Shown one piece after another: positions 48,328 to 57,709 of a stretch of DNA of 64,000 nt (position 1 is its first letter; every line of letters begins with the position of its first letter). The notes under the pieces were generated by a model. That model ran no database searches. It was not told the DNA's origin and saw only the letters and a list, made by a program, of their open reading frames with translations. Source of the stretch: Candidatus Dormiibacterota bacterium (GTDB lineage: Bacteria > Chloroflexota > Dormibacteria > Aeolococcales > Aeolococcaceae). The stretch spans positions 19,075 to 83,074 of the forward strand of contig DASZGL010000023.1 in NCBI GenBank assembly GCA_035938875.1, given 5' to 3'. Both the position numbers and the translations under genes were made by a program.

Positions 48328-49257
48328 ATGTACACGTCGCTGATGGGTCGCGACCTCCTCAGCCTCGCCGACCTGAGCCGTGCCGACATCGAAGCGGTCC
48401 TCGACATGGCCGCCAGGGCCAAGGCGGGTGCCGATCTCGGCCGCCCGCTCGAGGGACGGCAGGTGGCGATGATCTTCCAGCGGCCCAGCAACCGCACCCG
48501 GGTGTCCTTCGAGGTCGCCATTCGCCGTCTGGGCGGCCACGCCATCCCCATCTTCTCGCAGGAAATCCAGATGGGCGAGCGCGAGTCCGTGGCCGACGTC
48601 AGTCGCATCCTCGACCGTTACGTCGATGGCATCGTCGCCCGGCTGGTCTCGCATCGCGATCTGCTGCGCATGGCGGAGTGCGCCCGCGGACCGGTGATCA
48701 GCGCCATGACGGATCGCGAGCACCCCTGCCAGGTTCTCGCCGACTGCCTCACCGTCACCGAGGCAACGGGCGGGCTCGAGGGTGCCCACGTCGCCTACAT
48801 CGGCGACGGCAACAACGTCTGCACCTCGTGGCTGTACGCCGCGGCGCTCTGCGGTGTCGACCTGCGCATGGTCTGCCCGCCGGGGTACGAGCCCCCCGAC
48901 GACGTCCTCGACCGCGCCGCGGCTCTGCGCGGTGATCGCGGCGGTTTCGTCCTTGCCCACGATCCCCGCCCAGTTCTGGACGGTGCCGACATCATCTACA
49001 CCGACGTCTGGGCCAGCATGGGCCAGGAGTCGGAGCAGCAGCGCCGCCGCGAGGACTTCGCTCACCTCCAGGTCAACGACGCCATGGTCGCCCTCGCCGG
49101 CCCGCGGGTCAGGGTGATGCACTGCCTGCCGGCGCACCGCGGCGAGGAGATCACCGACTCGGTCCTCGATGGTCCTCAGAGCATCGTCTTCGACCAGGCT
49201 GAGAACCGGATGTGGGTGCAGCAGGCCCTGCTCGCCCTGGTGTTCTGCGTGCCGTGA
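48328..49257 (+). CDS. argF: ornithine carbamoyltransferase
   Basis: SNRTRVSFE, HPCQVLAD, DVWASMG and HCLPAHRGEE. Confidence 0.92.
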   Translation: MYTSLMGRDLLSLADLSRADIEAVLDMAARAKAGADLGRPLEGRQVAMIFQRPSNRTRVSFEVAIRRLGGHAIPIFSQEIQMGERESVADVSRILDRYVDGIVARLVSHRDLLRMAECARGPVISAMTDREHPCQVLADCLTVTEATGGLEGAHVAYIGDGNNVCTSWLYAAALCGVDLRMVCPPGYEPPDDVLDRAAALRGDRGGFVLAHDPRPVLDGADIIYTDVWASMGQESEQQRRREDFAHLQVNDAMVALAGPRVRVMHCLPAHRGEEITDSVLDGPQSIVFDQAENRMWVQQALLALVFCVP

Positions 49258-50120
49258 GCAGCTTCGCCAGCAACGCCCGCATCTTCCTCGGCAACGTCGG
49301 CTGGCGCGACATCATCGACGTCCTCATCGTCGCCTTTATCCTCTACCAACTGCTCAAGCTGATACGCGGCACCCAGGCGGCACAGCTGGTGGTCGGCCTA
49401 GTCGTCCTGCTGTTCATCGGCTTCGCCGCCGGGCAGCTCCACCTGCGCCTGCTCGACTGGGTCTTCAGTAACGGCGGCCAGGCCATCCTCATCGCCGCCG
49501 TCATCCTCTTTCAGCCCGAGCTGCGCCGCGCCCTCGACCAGGTGGGCCGCCTGTCACCGGTCCGAGCCATCCTCGCTCCCCATGGCGCCGTGGGAGTCGC
49601 CCGCGTCGTCGAGGAGGTCATGCGCGCCGCCGTCACCCTGGGTGAGAAGCGTACCGGGGCGCTGCTCGTCTTCGAGCGGGAAACGGGCCTGGAGAACGTG
49701 GCCAGCACGGGCGTGCGCATCAACGGTGAGATCACGGCGGAGATGCTGGCGACCATCTTCTTCCCCAGCTCACCGCTGCACGACGGCGCGGTGGTCATCC
49801 ACGACGGACGGCTGATCGCCGCCGGCTGCGTGCTCCCCCTGGCCGACACCCTGCCGGGCGTCGGCCGGATGGGGACACGGCATCGCGCGGCCCTGGGGCT
49901 CACCCTGCAGAGCGATGCGGTGGTGCTGATCGTCAGCGAGGAGACCGGACTGATCAGCGTCGCCCACGAGGGCAAGGTCTACCGCGGCCTCGACCAGGCC
50001 AAGCTGCAGGACATGCTGCTCACCCTGCTCGGTGGCGTGCCCACCGGCGGCCGGCTGCTCATCCCCCGTCCCTTCCTGCGCAGCTCCGGCGCACGCGCCG
50101 CTCGGGGATTGCGGCGGTGA
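49254..50120 (+). CDS. cdaA: diadenylate cyclase CdaA
   Basis: GTGA overlap with argF. Three N-terminal TM helices. DAC-domain motifs HDGAVVI and GTRHRAA. Confidence 0.9.
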   Translation: MSSFASNARIFLGNVGWRDIIDVLIVAFILYQLLKLIRGTQAAQLVVGLVVLLFIGFAAGQLHLRLLDWVFSNGGQAILIAAVILFQPELRRALDQVGRLSPVRAILAPHGAVGVARVVEEVMRAAVTLGEKRTGALLVFERETGLENVASTGVRINGEITAEMLATIFFPSSPLHDGAVVIHDGRLIAAGCVLPLADTLPGVGRMGTRHRAALGLTLQSDAVVLIVSEETGLISVAHEGKVYRGLDQAKLQDMLLTLLGGVPTGGRLLIPRPFLRSSGARAARGLRR

Positions 50121-51106
50121 AGGTTCCTGCCTTTCTGACGCGCAACCTGCAGCTCAAGGCCGTCGCCGCGGGTCTCGCCCTGGTGTCGTGGGCAGCGGTT
50201 GTCTACGCGGCGAATCCGCCCGAGCAGCGGACCGTGACCGTCAAGGTGCCCCAGGACTCGCAGTTGCTGCCCGCCAAGTTCGTGCTCGCCCAAGCCATCC
50301 CCGACGTCGCCATCCGCGTGCAGGGAACCCGCGACCACGTCAACGCATTCGATCCACGCAGCATCACCGTCTCCGTCGACTACAACGCCATCAAGGGCGC
50401 CGGCAAGCAGACCCTGCCGCTGACCATCGTCAACCGCGACAGCAACGTCGACCTCGACAACCCGCCGACCAGCATCGACGCCAACACCGACGTGAAGGCC
50501 ACAGCCAACGTCCCGGTGACCATCGTGCACAAGGTCAATCCGCCGGCCGATTACTTCGTCGCCGCCGAGTCGGCGACGCCCGACCACGTCACCCTCATCG
50601 GCCCGCAGCGCGAGCTCGACGGAGTCATGGCGCTGGTGGAGGTCGACCTGGGCAATCGCAAGACCAACCTGACTCGCGAGCTCAACGTCATCGTCCACGA
50701 CAGCAGCGGTCACTCGCTCGGCGATGTCGGCGTTCAGGTGCCGACGGTCACCGTCGACATCACCATCAAGCCGGCGGCGGCGACGCGGACCAGCGCGGTG
50801 CTGCCGCACCTCAACGGCACGCCGGCGAACGGCTTCTTCGTCGCCGGCTTCTCGGCGGACCCGCTTCTGGTGGTGCTCAACGGTCCCCAGGACGTGCTCA
50901 ACGGTCTCGACTCGGTGCCAACCGACCCGATCAACGTCGCCGGAATCACCTCCGACCGCGTCGTCACAGTGCGCCTGCAGCTGCCCGCGGGGGTCAGCGC
51001 CTCGCCGAACACCGTGACCGTCCACGTCGGCATCGGGGCTGTGCCGACGCCGACACCGGGGCCAACTCCGACGCCGTCGCCGTCACCGAAACCTAGTCCC
51101 ACCTAA
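50117..51106 (+). CDS. cdaR: YbbR-domain protein (CdaA regulator CdaR-like)
   Basis: 4-nt overlap with cdaA. N-terminal TM helix, repeated beta-rich YbbR-like segments, and a PTPTPGPTPTPSPSPKPSPT tail. Confidence 0.7.
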   Translation: MKVPAFLTRNLQLKAVAAGLALVSWAAVVYAANPPEQRTVTVKVPQDSQLLPAKFVLAQAIPDVAIRVQGTRDHVNAFDPRSITVSVDYNAIKGAGKQTLPLTIVNRDSNVDLDNPPTSIDANTDVKATANVPVTIVHKVNPPADYFVAAESATPDHVTLIGPQRELDGVMALVEVDLGNRKTNLTRELNVIVHDSSGHSLGDVGVQVPTVTVDITIKPAAATRTSAVLPHLNGTPANGFFVAGFSADPLLVVLNGPQDVLNGLDSVPTDPINVAGITSDRVVTVRLQLPAGVSASPNTVTVHVGIGAVPTPTPGPTPTPSPSPKPSPT

Positions 51107-51146
51107 GCGCGTAACCGCCGCCCTGCGGCTACCGTTCGCCAGAAGC

Positions 51147-52991
51147 ATGTGCGGGATCATCGGCTACACCGGCCCGCGCGCCGCGGGCCCCATCCTCATG
51201 GAGAGCCTGCGGCGGCTGGAGTACCGCGGCTACGACTCCGCGGGGGTGGCCATCCTCGACGTCGACGATGGCGGGCGCTCCACGGTGGTCAAGAGCGAAC
51301 GCAAGGTCGCCGACCTGGCGGCGCGCCTGGAACGCCAGGGGATGCCCGACGGGACGTTGGGAATCGGCCATACCCGCTGGGCGACCCACGGCCGGCCGAC
51401 GCTGGTCAACGCCCATCCCCACCAGGACTGCACCGGCCGCATCCATCTCATCCACAACGGGATCATCGAGAACTTCCGCGAGCTGCGCGCCGAGCTCACC
51501 GCCGCGGGCCACGAGTTCCAGAGCGAGACCGACACCGAGGTGGTGCCTCATCTCATCGAGGAGCTGTACCGCGGTGACCTTGTCGCCGCCGTTCGCCAGG
51601 CGCTTCGCCGTGTCACCGGCGCCTACGCTCTGGTGGTCTTTTCCGCCGACCATCCCGACCTGCTCATCGGCGCCCGGCTCAACGCGCCCCTGGTGGTCGG
51701 CCTCGGTGTTGGCGAGGCGCTGGTCAGCAGCGACATCACCGCGCTGATCCCCTACACCAAGCGGGTCCTGCTGCTTGGTGAGGGTGAGGTGGCCGCGGCG
51801 CGACCCGACGGTGTCGAGGTGTTCAGCCTCGACGGCACCCGCGTCGAGCCCCGGGTGATCACCGTCGACTGGGACGCCGAGCAGGCGCAGAAGGGCGGCT
51901 TCCCCCACTTCATGCTCAAGGAGATCCACGAGCAACCCCAGGCACTCAGCGCCAGCCTGCGTGACCGCGTCGACCCCGACACCGGGTTGGCGGCGCTGCC
52001 CGAGCTGGGGCTCACCGAGGAACAGCTCGCCGGCTGCAACGCGGTCACCATCGTCGCCTGCGGTACCGCGTGGATCGCCGGCCTGGTGACCAAGTACGCC
52101 ATCGAGGAACTGGCTCGCATGAGGGTCGACGTCGAGCCGGCGAGCGAGTTCCGCTACCGAAACCCTCTGGTTGACGACAGGACCCTGGTGGTGGCCATCT
52201 CCCAGTCGGGGGAGACCGCCGACACTCTCGCCGCCGTGCGCGAGGCGAGGCGCCATGGAGCCACGATCCTGGCGATCACCAACGTGGTGGGCAGCGCCCT
52301 GGCGCTGGAAGCGGACGGTGTGATCTACATGCAGGCCGGGCCAGAGATCGGCGTCGCCGCGACCAAGACGTTCGTTGCCCAGATGGCCTGCGGCATCCTG
52401 GTCGCCATGCGCCTCGGTGACGCCAGGGGCAGCCTCGGCGTCGACGAGCACCGGCGCCTCAGCGAGGCGCTGCAGCTCATGCCGAGGCTGCTGGAACGGG
52501 CGCTGCTCCTCGAACCGCAGTTGGCGGAGATGGCGCAACGGTACGCCCACGCGCACAACGCTCTGTTCATCGGTCGGGGCATCAACTACCCCATCGCCCT
52601 CGAAGGCGCCCTCAAGCTGAAGGAGGTCTCCTACATCCACGCCGAGGGCTACGCAGCGGGCGAGCTGAAACACGGGCCGATCGCCCTGCTCGACCCCGAC
52701 GTCCCCGTGGTCGCGCTGGCCACCCGGGCGCGAACCCTGCCCAAGACGGTGAGCAACGTCCAGGAGGTGCGCGCCCGCGAGGCGCCGGTCATCGCCTTGG
52801 TGACCGAGGGTGAGAATCCCTTCGACACCGAGGTGGCGCGCGACGTCGTCGAAGTACCCGCCTGCGAGGAGCTGCTCTCGCCACTGGTCAACGTCGTGCC
52901 CCTGCAGCTCTTCGCGTACCACATCGCGGTGCAGCGCGGCTGCGACGTCGACCAGCCCCGCAACCTGGCCAAGTCGGTCACCGTCGAATAG
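51147..52991 (+). CDS. glmS: glutamine--fructose-6-phosphate aminotransferase
   Basis: 614 aa. MCGIIGY N-terminal nucleophile, two SIS domains, and a KSVTVE C-terminus. Confidence 0.96.
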   Translation: MCGIIGYTGPRAAGPILMESLRRLEYRGYDSAGVAILDVDDGGRSTVVKSERKVADLAARLERQGMPDGTLGIGHTRWATHGRPTLVNAHPHQDCTGRIHLIHNGIIENFRELRAELTAAGHEFQSETDTEVVPHLIEELYRGDLVAAVRQALRRVTGAYALVVFSADHPDLLIGARLNAPLVVGLGVGEALVSSDITALIPYTKRVLLLGEGEVAAARPDGVEVFSLDGTRVEPRVITVDWDAEQAQKGGFPHFMLKEIHEQPQALSASLRDRVDPDTGLAALPELGLTEEQLAGCNAVTIVACGTAWIAGLVTKYAIEELARMRVDVEPASEFRYRNPLVDDRTLVVAISQSGETADTLAAVREARRHGATILAITNVVGSALALEADGVIYMQAGPEIGVAATKTFVAQMACGILVAMRLGDARGSLGVDEHRRLSEALQLMPRLLERALLLEPQLAEMAQRYAHAHNALFIGRGINYPIALEGALKLKEVSYIHAEGYAAGELKHGPIALLDPDVPVVALATRARTLPKTVSNVQEVRAREAPVIALVTEGENPFDTEVARDVVEVPACEELLSPLVNVVPLQLFAYHIAVQRGCDVDQPRNLAKSVTVE

Positions 52992-53028
52992 CCGCTGCGG
53001 CGGCGTCGGGGATGTGACACTACCGCCC

Positions 53029-54309
53029 ATGGGCGCCAGCAGCCATGTAGCTCCTCTGGTTGGAATCGACGTGGCCGCCGTCGCCCGGGTCGCCGAGGTG
53101 GTCGAGCGCAACCCGCGCTTCGCCGCGAGGGTGTTCACCGAGGTCGAACGTCACGACAGCGCGGGGCGCCCGGAACGGTGGGCGTCGCGGTGGGCGGCCA
53201 AGGAGGCGGTGCGCAAGCTCTACGGGGCCCAGGGGATCAGCCCCCTGCCGGCCTTCCACGACATCGAGGTGACCATCGCCGAGGGCGGGGCGCCCCGGCT
53301 CCGTGTGGCCGACGCCGCCACCGAGTTCACCGTCTCGTTGAGCCACGACGGCGGCATGGCCGTGGCGGTCGCCGTGGCCATGCCCGATCCGCTGAGCCGC
53401 CGAACATGGCTCCCAGCGCCCCCAGGCGTGCGCCTCGCCGCCCGCCCCGCCGACGGGCACAAGGGCACCTTCGGCACGGTGGTGGTGCTCGCCGGGGCGC
53501 ACGGGCTGAGCGGCGCCGCCTACCTCAGCGCCATGGGTGCGGCACGCGGCGGCGCCGGCCTGGTCCGTCTCTGTGTTCCCGCCCAGCTGCACCCGGCGCT
53601 CACCGTCAAGTGCACCGAGGTCATGCCCCACGCCCTTCCCGACGGCGGGCTGGGGATCACCGGGGAGGAGGCGATCGAGGCCCTGCTCCGCGATCACCTG
53701 CCCCACGCGGACGCGCTGGTGGTGGGTCCAGGCCTCGGCCAGGCAGAGGCAACCCGAAGCGCGATGGCGGCGCTGCTGCCGCGGCTCGCCTGCCCCACGG
53801 TGATCGACGCCGACGGCCTCAACCTCATCGCCTCAGGCCTGGCGCTTCACCCGGGCGGTGTCCCGGTGGTGGTCACCCCTCACCCCGCAGAGATGGGCAG
53901 GCTCGCCGGCATCGCCACCAGCGCGGTCCAGGCCGACCGCCGCGGCGTCGCCTCGCAGTACGCGACGGCGCACGGCGTCGTCGTGGTGCTCAAGGGCAGC
54001 CGGACGGTGGTCGCCGCCCCTGACGGGCGCCTCCACGAGGACGGCCACGCCGTTGTCGCCCTGGCCAGCGGCGGCACCGGGGATGTCCTCGCCGGACTGA
54101 TCGGGGCGATGCTCGCGGCCGGCCTCGACGCCTTCGACGCCGCTGTTGCCGCGGTGGTCATCCACGCCGAGGCCGGCGCCGCCGTTCAGGCAGGGCGTGG
54201 CCGCGCCGGCGGCCTCGCCAGCGACGTCCTCGAGGCCTTGCCCGCCGCCCAGGAGCGGCTGCGGCGCGCCCTGGAGACGCGCGACAAGCACGGGGGTGGG
54301 GCTGCGTGA
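53029..54309 (+). CDS. fusion protein: holo-ACP synthase (AcpS) + ADP-dependent NAD(P)H-hydrate dehydratase (YjeF_C)
   Basis: The N-terminal ~125 aa (VGIDV..RFAARVFT..RWAAKEAVRK..HDIEV..SLSHDG) is AcpS-like. The remainder (HKGTFGTVVVLAG..VIDADGL..TPHPAEM..ASGGTGDVLAG) is the YjeF_C carbohydrate-kinase fold. Confidence 0.78.
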   Translation: MGASSHVAPLVGIDVAAVARVAEVVERNPRFAARVFTEVERHDSAGRPERWASRWAAKEAVRKLYGAQGISPLPAFHDIEVTIAEGGAPRLRVADAATEFTVSLSHDGGMAVAVAVAMPDPLSRRTWLPAPPGVRLAARPADGHKGTFGTVVVLAGAHGLSGAAYLSAMGAARGGAGLVRLCVPAQLHPALTVKCTEVMPHALPDGGLGITGEEAIEALLRDHLPHADALVVGPGLGQAEATRSAMAALLPRLACPTVIDADGLNLIASGLALHPGGVPVVVTPHPAEMGRLAGIATSAVQADRRGVASQYATAHGVVVVLKGSRTVVAAPDGRLHEDGHAVVALASGGTGDVLAGLIGAMLAAGLDAFDAAVAAVVIHAEAGAAVQAGRGRAGGLASDVLEALPAAQERLRRALETRDKHGGGAA

Positions 54310-55481
54310 GCGACGCGGCGATGCGCTTCGCCGGCGGCGACGCCGCCTGGGCCGAGCTCAGCGAAGGCCGACCGATGAAATGGGCGGAGATCGACGTCGG
54401 CGCGCTGCGCGACAACGCAGCGGCGCTGCGCCGTCACACGGGTGAGGCGGTGCAGCACATCGCCATGGTCAAGGCCAACGGTTACGGGCACGGTGCGGTG
54501 CTCGCAGCGCGCGCCTTCGTCGACGCTGGGGCGTCGTGGCTCGGAGTCTCGTCCGCTGAAGAAGCCCTGCAGCTGCGCGACGCGGGGCTTGGTCAGCCGG
54601 TGCTCGCCGTCGCCTGGACTCATCCGAGCACACACGCGACGCTGCTGCGCAGGGGCGTCGACGTCACCGTATGGGACATCAGCGCCGTCGACTCGCTCCG
54701 CCAAGCAGCGGGCGAGGGTTCCGGTCGCGCGCGGATCCACGTAAAAGTCAACACCGGCATGAACCGCCTCGGCGTCACCGTCGACGGCCTGCCAGCCCTT
54801 CTGCGCTTGATCGCCGGCAGCAGGCAGCTGTGCCTCGCCGGAATCTTCACCCACTTCGCCGACGCCGACGGCGTCGACGACGGATTCACCGAGGCGCAGC
54901 ACGAGGCGTTCCTCGACGCCATCGCCATGGCGAAGGACGTCAACCCGGAGGTTCTCGTCCACTGCGCCAACAGCGCGGCGCTGCTGCGCCATCCGCACAT
55001 GCACCACGACGCGGTGCGCCCCGGGATCGCCCTCTACGGCTACGCGCCGCCGGGCGCCGCCGGCATCGCACAAGTGCGGCCGGCGATGAGCGTGCTGGCG
55101 TGCGTCACCCAGGTGAAGACCGTGCACCGCGGCGACGCCGTCGGTTACGGGCGCACCTGGACGGCGTCGCGCGACACCAGGGTGGCGACGGTGGCCGCCG
55201 GCTACGCCGACGGGGTGCAGCGCGCCCAGTCGAATCGAGGCCATGCGCTCGTCCGTGGTGTTCGCTGCCCGATGATCGGGCGGGTGAGCATGGATCAGAC
55301 GACCATCGACGTCAGCGAGCTCGACGACGTCGCCACGGGTGAGCCGGTGACCCTTCTCGGGGGACAAAACGGGACCGCTCTCGGCGCCGACGACGTGGCG
55401 GCGGCGGCGGGGACGATCGCCCACGAGGTGCTCTGTGGTGTCTCTGCGCGGGTTCCGCGAGTCGTAGTCAACAGACCGTGA
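54306..55481 (+). CDS. alr: alanine racemase
   Basis: MVKANGYGHG (PLP Lys) and GYADG. The GTG at 54306 overlaps the upstream stop; the true start could be an internal ATG. Confidence 0.92.
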   Translation: MSDAAMRFAGGDAAWAELSEGRPMKWAEIDVGALRDNAAALRRHTGEAVQHIAMVKANGYGHGAVLAARAFVDAGASWLGVSSAEEALQLRDAGLGQPVLAVAWTHPSTHATLLRRGVDVTVWDISAVDSLRQAAGEGSGRARIHVKVNTGMNRLGVTVDGLPALLRLIAGSRQLCLAGIFTHFADADGVDDGFTEAQHEAFLDAIAMAKDVNPEVLVHCANSAALLRHPHMHHDAVRPGIALYGYAPPGAAGIAQVRPAMSVLACVTQVKTVHRGDAVGYGRTWTASRDTRVATVAAGYADGVQRAQSNRGHALVRGVRCPMIGRVSMDQTTIDVSELDDVATGEPVTLLGGQNGTALGADDVAAAAGTIAHEVLCGVSARVPRVVVNRP

Positions 55482-55527
55482 CCTGAGGGTCCTGGGGAAC
55501 GCCTGCGCCCTTGGTCACAATGGCGGG

Positions 55528-56631
55528 GTGAGTCGGCCAGCGGATATCGAGGACGAGGAGCTCGCCCGGCAGCTGGCCCACCTCGACGAGCTGGAGCAGC
55601 ATCACGGCCAAGGGCTGCTCGACAGCGAGGACATCGTCGTTGAGGAGGTCGCCGGGGGCATCGCGCTGCCGGCTCCCGAGGGCGTCGGCGAGCCTCCGCC
55701 GCCGGGGGCACAGGGCAGCTCGCTGGCGCCGTACCTGGCCTGGCTGGAGGCATCTCGCGCGGCCCTGGCGGCGCGGATCACAGCCCATCGCGGCGAGCTC
55801 GAAAGGATCGCCTCGCAGTGGGTCCACGTCGTGCTCAACGTGGCGAGGCTGACGCCAGAGGAGATCACCTCGATCCACGAGGAGCAGGTCCGGCTGCGCG
55901 AGGGCATCGCCGTCGACCTCGCCTGGGACCGGCTCCTGGGCATCGAGCGCGAGCGCGTGGCGGCCTGGGCGGAGGCGCCTGGTGGAGCGCTGACCGATCC
56001 CAGCCTGGTGCGCCGCCTGCTCGACGACGTGGTCGCCGAGCGGGCGCAGCTCGTCGCCCAGTTGGTCACCTCGTCGATCGACGCGCTCGCCGGAATCTCC
56101 CTGGACCTCGACCTCGCCCAGCGACGCATCACCCGCGATCCCGCCGCGATAGCCGCTGAGTTCGCCGCCCTGAGAGAGCGGCTCAGCGCGGTCGGCGAGG
56201 AGCTTCGCGAGCTCCCCGACGCGGTGGACATCCGCCAGCTGACGGGGGAGGCACTGGTGGCCACGCTGCGCCGGTGCGTCGAGCGCTACCAGAATCGCCT
56301 CGAGGTGACCGTCGACTGGAACGGCGGGGAGGTGGGTGACGCTGAGACCGCGGCGGCCATTGCCTGGGTCCTCCAGGAGTGCCTCCACCAACTCGGCCGC
56401 GGGGCCCCCGCCCGAGTCGCGGTCACCGTCGACGTGGGTGGGGCCGCCGGCGTGGCGCTGCGCATCGCCGCCGCGTCGGCAGAGCTTCTCCCCGACGGCT
56501 ACCCGGCGTGGCTGGTGAGGTCACGAGCGCGGGTGGCCATCGCGTCGGGCAGGCTGCTCTGCGGACGTGACGGCGAGGGGACCTTCGTCGAAGCGCGGTT
56601 CGACCGCGGAGGCTCCGCGGCTGCCGTCTGA
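55528..56631 (+). CDS. hypothetical cytoplasmic protein with a degenerate HisKA_3/HATPase-like C-terminal half
   Basis: 367 aa, GTG start, acidic N-terminus. LERIASQWVHVV (compare RIARELHD), WVLQECLHQLGRGA (compare QEALTNvvKHA) and GRDGEGTFVEARF (compare pgGGTxvxxxlP). The G1/G2 boxes are not recognisable. Confidence 0.55.
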   Translation: MSRPADIEDEELARQLAHLDELEQHHGQGLLDSEDIVVEEVAGGIALPAPEGVGEPPPPGAQGSSLAPYLAWLEASRAALAARITAHRGELERIASQWVHVVLNVARLTPEEITSIHEEQVRLREGIAVDLAWDRLLGIERERVAAWAEAPGGALTDPSLVRRLLDDVVAERAQLVAQLVTSSIDALAGISLDLDLAQRRITRDPAAIAAEFAALRERLSAVGEELRELPDAVDIRQLTGEALVATLRRCVERYQNRLEVTVDWNGGEVGDAETAAAIAWVLQECLHQLGRGAPARVAVTVDVGGAAGVALRIAAASAELLPDGYPAWLVRSRARVAIASGRLLCGRDGEGTFVEARFDRGGSAAAV

Positions 56632-56673
56632 GTGGGGCGGCGCGCGGCGGGCGCCGGGGCGACGTATGATCGA

Positions 56674-56772
56674 TGCATCCCTGGGGGAGCGCGGACGCTG
56701 AGAGGCCGCCACCTGGCGGCGACCCCGAGGACCCGGCCGGTAATGCGGTCGTGGCAACGGGAGCCCACCATG
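56674..56772 (+). promoter_or_regulatory. TPP (THI-box) riboswitch
   Basis: GGGGAGC..CUGAGA..(GCCGCC/GGCGGC hairpin)..ACCC..GGACCCGGCCGGUAAUGCGGUCGUGGCAACGGGAG matches the THI element core. It lies directly upstream of thiE. Confidence 0.85.
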
Positions 56773-56797
56773 GGCAGGGTCCGCGTTCCCCCGTGCG

Positions 56798-57481
56798 GTG
56801 ACCATGCCTGCGACCAACATCGACACCGAGAAGCAGCGCCGGCTTCGGCGGGTGCGGCTCTATGTCGTCAGTGACGCTTCTGCGCCGGTGGCTCGCGCGC
56901 TGGCGTGCGTTGCTGCCGCGTGCGACGGCGGTGCCGACGCCGTGCAGCTGCGGCGCAAGGGCGACGCCGGTCTCACCGACTATCGGCTCGCCGAGCGCTG
57001 CCGCGAGCTGACCGCGGCCGCGGGTGTACTGCTCATCGTCAACGATCGCATCGACATCGCCATGGCCTGCGCCGCTGACGGTGTCCACCTCGGCCAGGAC
57101 GATCTCCCCGTCGCCGTCGCCCGGCGCCTTTGGCCGGAGGGCATCGTGGGCCGTTCGACGCACTCCGTGGAGCAGGCGATCGCCGCCCTCGGCGACGGGG
57201 CCGACTACCTCGGGGTCGGTCCGGTGTTCGTCACCCCGACCAAGCCAAAGACGCCCGCGGTGGGGCTCGAGCTGGTGAGCGCCGTCGCCACCGCTGGGCT
57301 GCCCATTCCCTGGGTCGCCATCGGAGGCATCGACCGAGACAACCTGAGCACCGTCCTCGAGGCGGGCGCGCCTGCTGTCGCGGTGGTCCGTGCCGTCTGC
57401 GCAGCGGACGATCCGCGCGCCGCCGCCCGAGAGCTGCGCCGGCTCGTCGACGCTCGGCGAAGCGCGGAGGTGATGGCGTGA
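56798..57481 (+). CDS. thiE: thiamine-phosphate synthase
   Basis: 227 aa. VQLRRK, NDRIDIA, DGVHLGQDD and IGGI. Confidence 0.9.
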   Translation: MTMPATNIDTEKQRRLRRVRLYVVSDASAPVARALACVAAACDGGADAVQLRRKGDAGLTDYRLAERCRELTAAAGVLLIVNDRIDIAMACAADGVHLGQDDLPVAVARRLWPEGIVGRSTHSVEQAIAALGDGADYLGVGPVFVTPTKPKTPAVGLELVSAVATAGLPIPWVAIGGIDRDNLSTVLEAGAPAVAVVRAVCAADDPRAAARELRRLVDARRSAEVMA

Positions 57482-57687
57482 GCGGCCTGGCCATCATCCT
57501 CAACGGCGACCCGACCGAGGTCGAGGCGCCCCTGACCGTTGCCGACCTGCTGGTGAACCGTGCGGTCAGGCCGGAGCGCGTCGTCGTCGAGCACAACCGG
57601 CGCATCCTCAGCGCCGAGGAGTTCGCCACGGTCTGGCTGGCCGAGGGCGACGAGCTCGAGCTGGTGCAGTTCGTCGGCGGTGGTTGA
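57478..57687 (+). CDS. thiS: sulfur carrier protein ThiS
   Basis: GTGA overlap with thiE. 69 aa, ending in VQFVGGG. Confidence 0.85.
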   Translation: MSGLAIILNGDPTEVEAPLTVADLLVNRAVRPERVVVEHNRRILSAEEFATVWLAEGDELELVQFVGGG

Positions 57688-57709
57688 AAGCGCGAGGTTG
57701 TAGACACTC

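Noticed and set aside
51107-51146. Looked for a glmS ribozyme upstream of glmS
   Set aside because: Only 40 nt separate cdaR and glmS. That is far too short for the ~170-nt ribozyme, and no conserved core sequence is visible.
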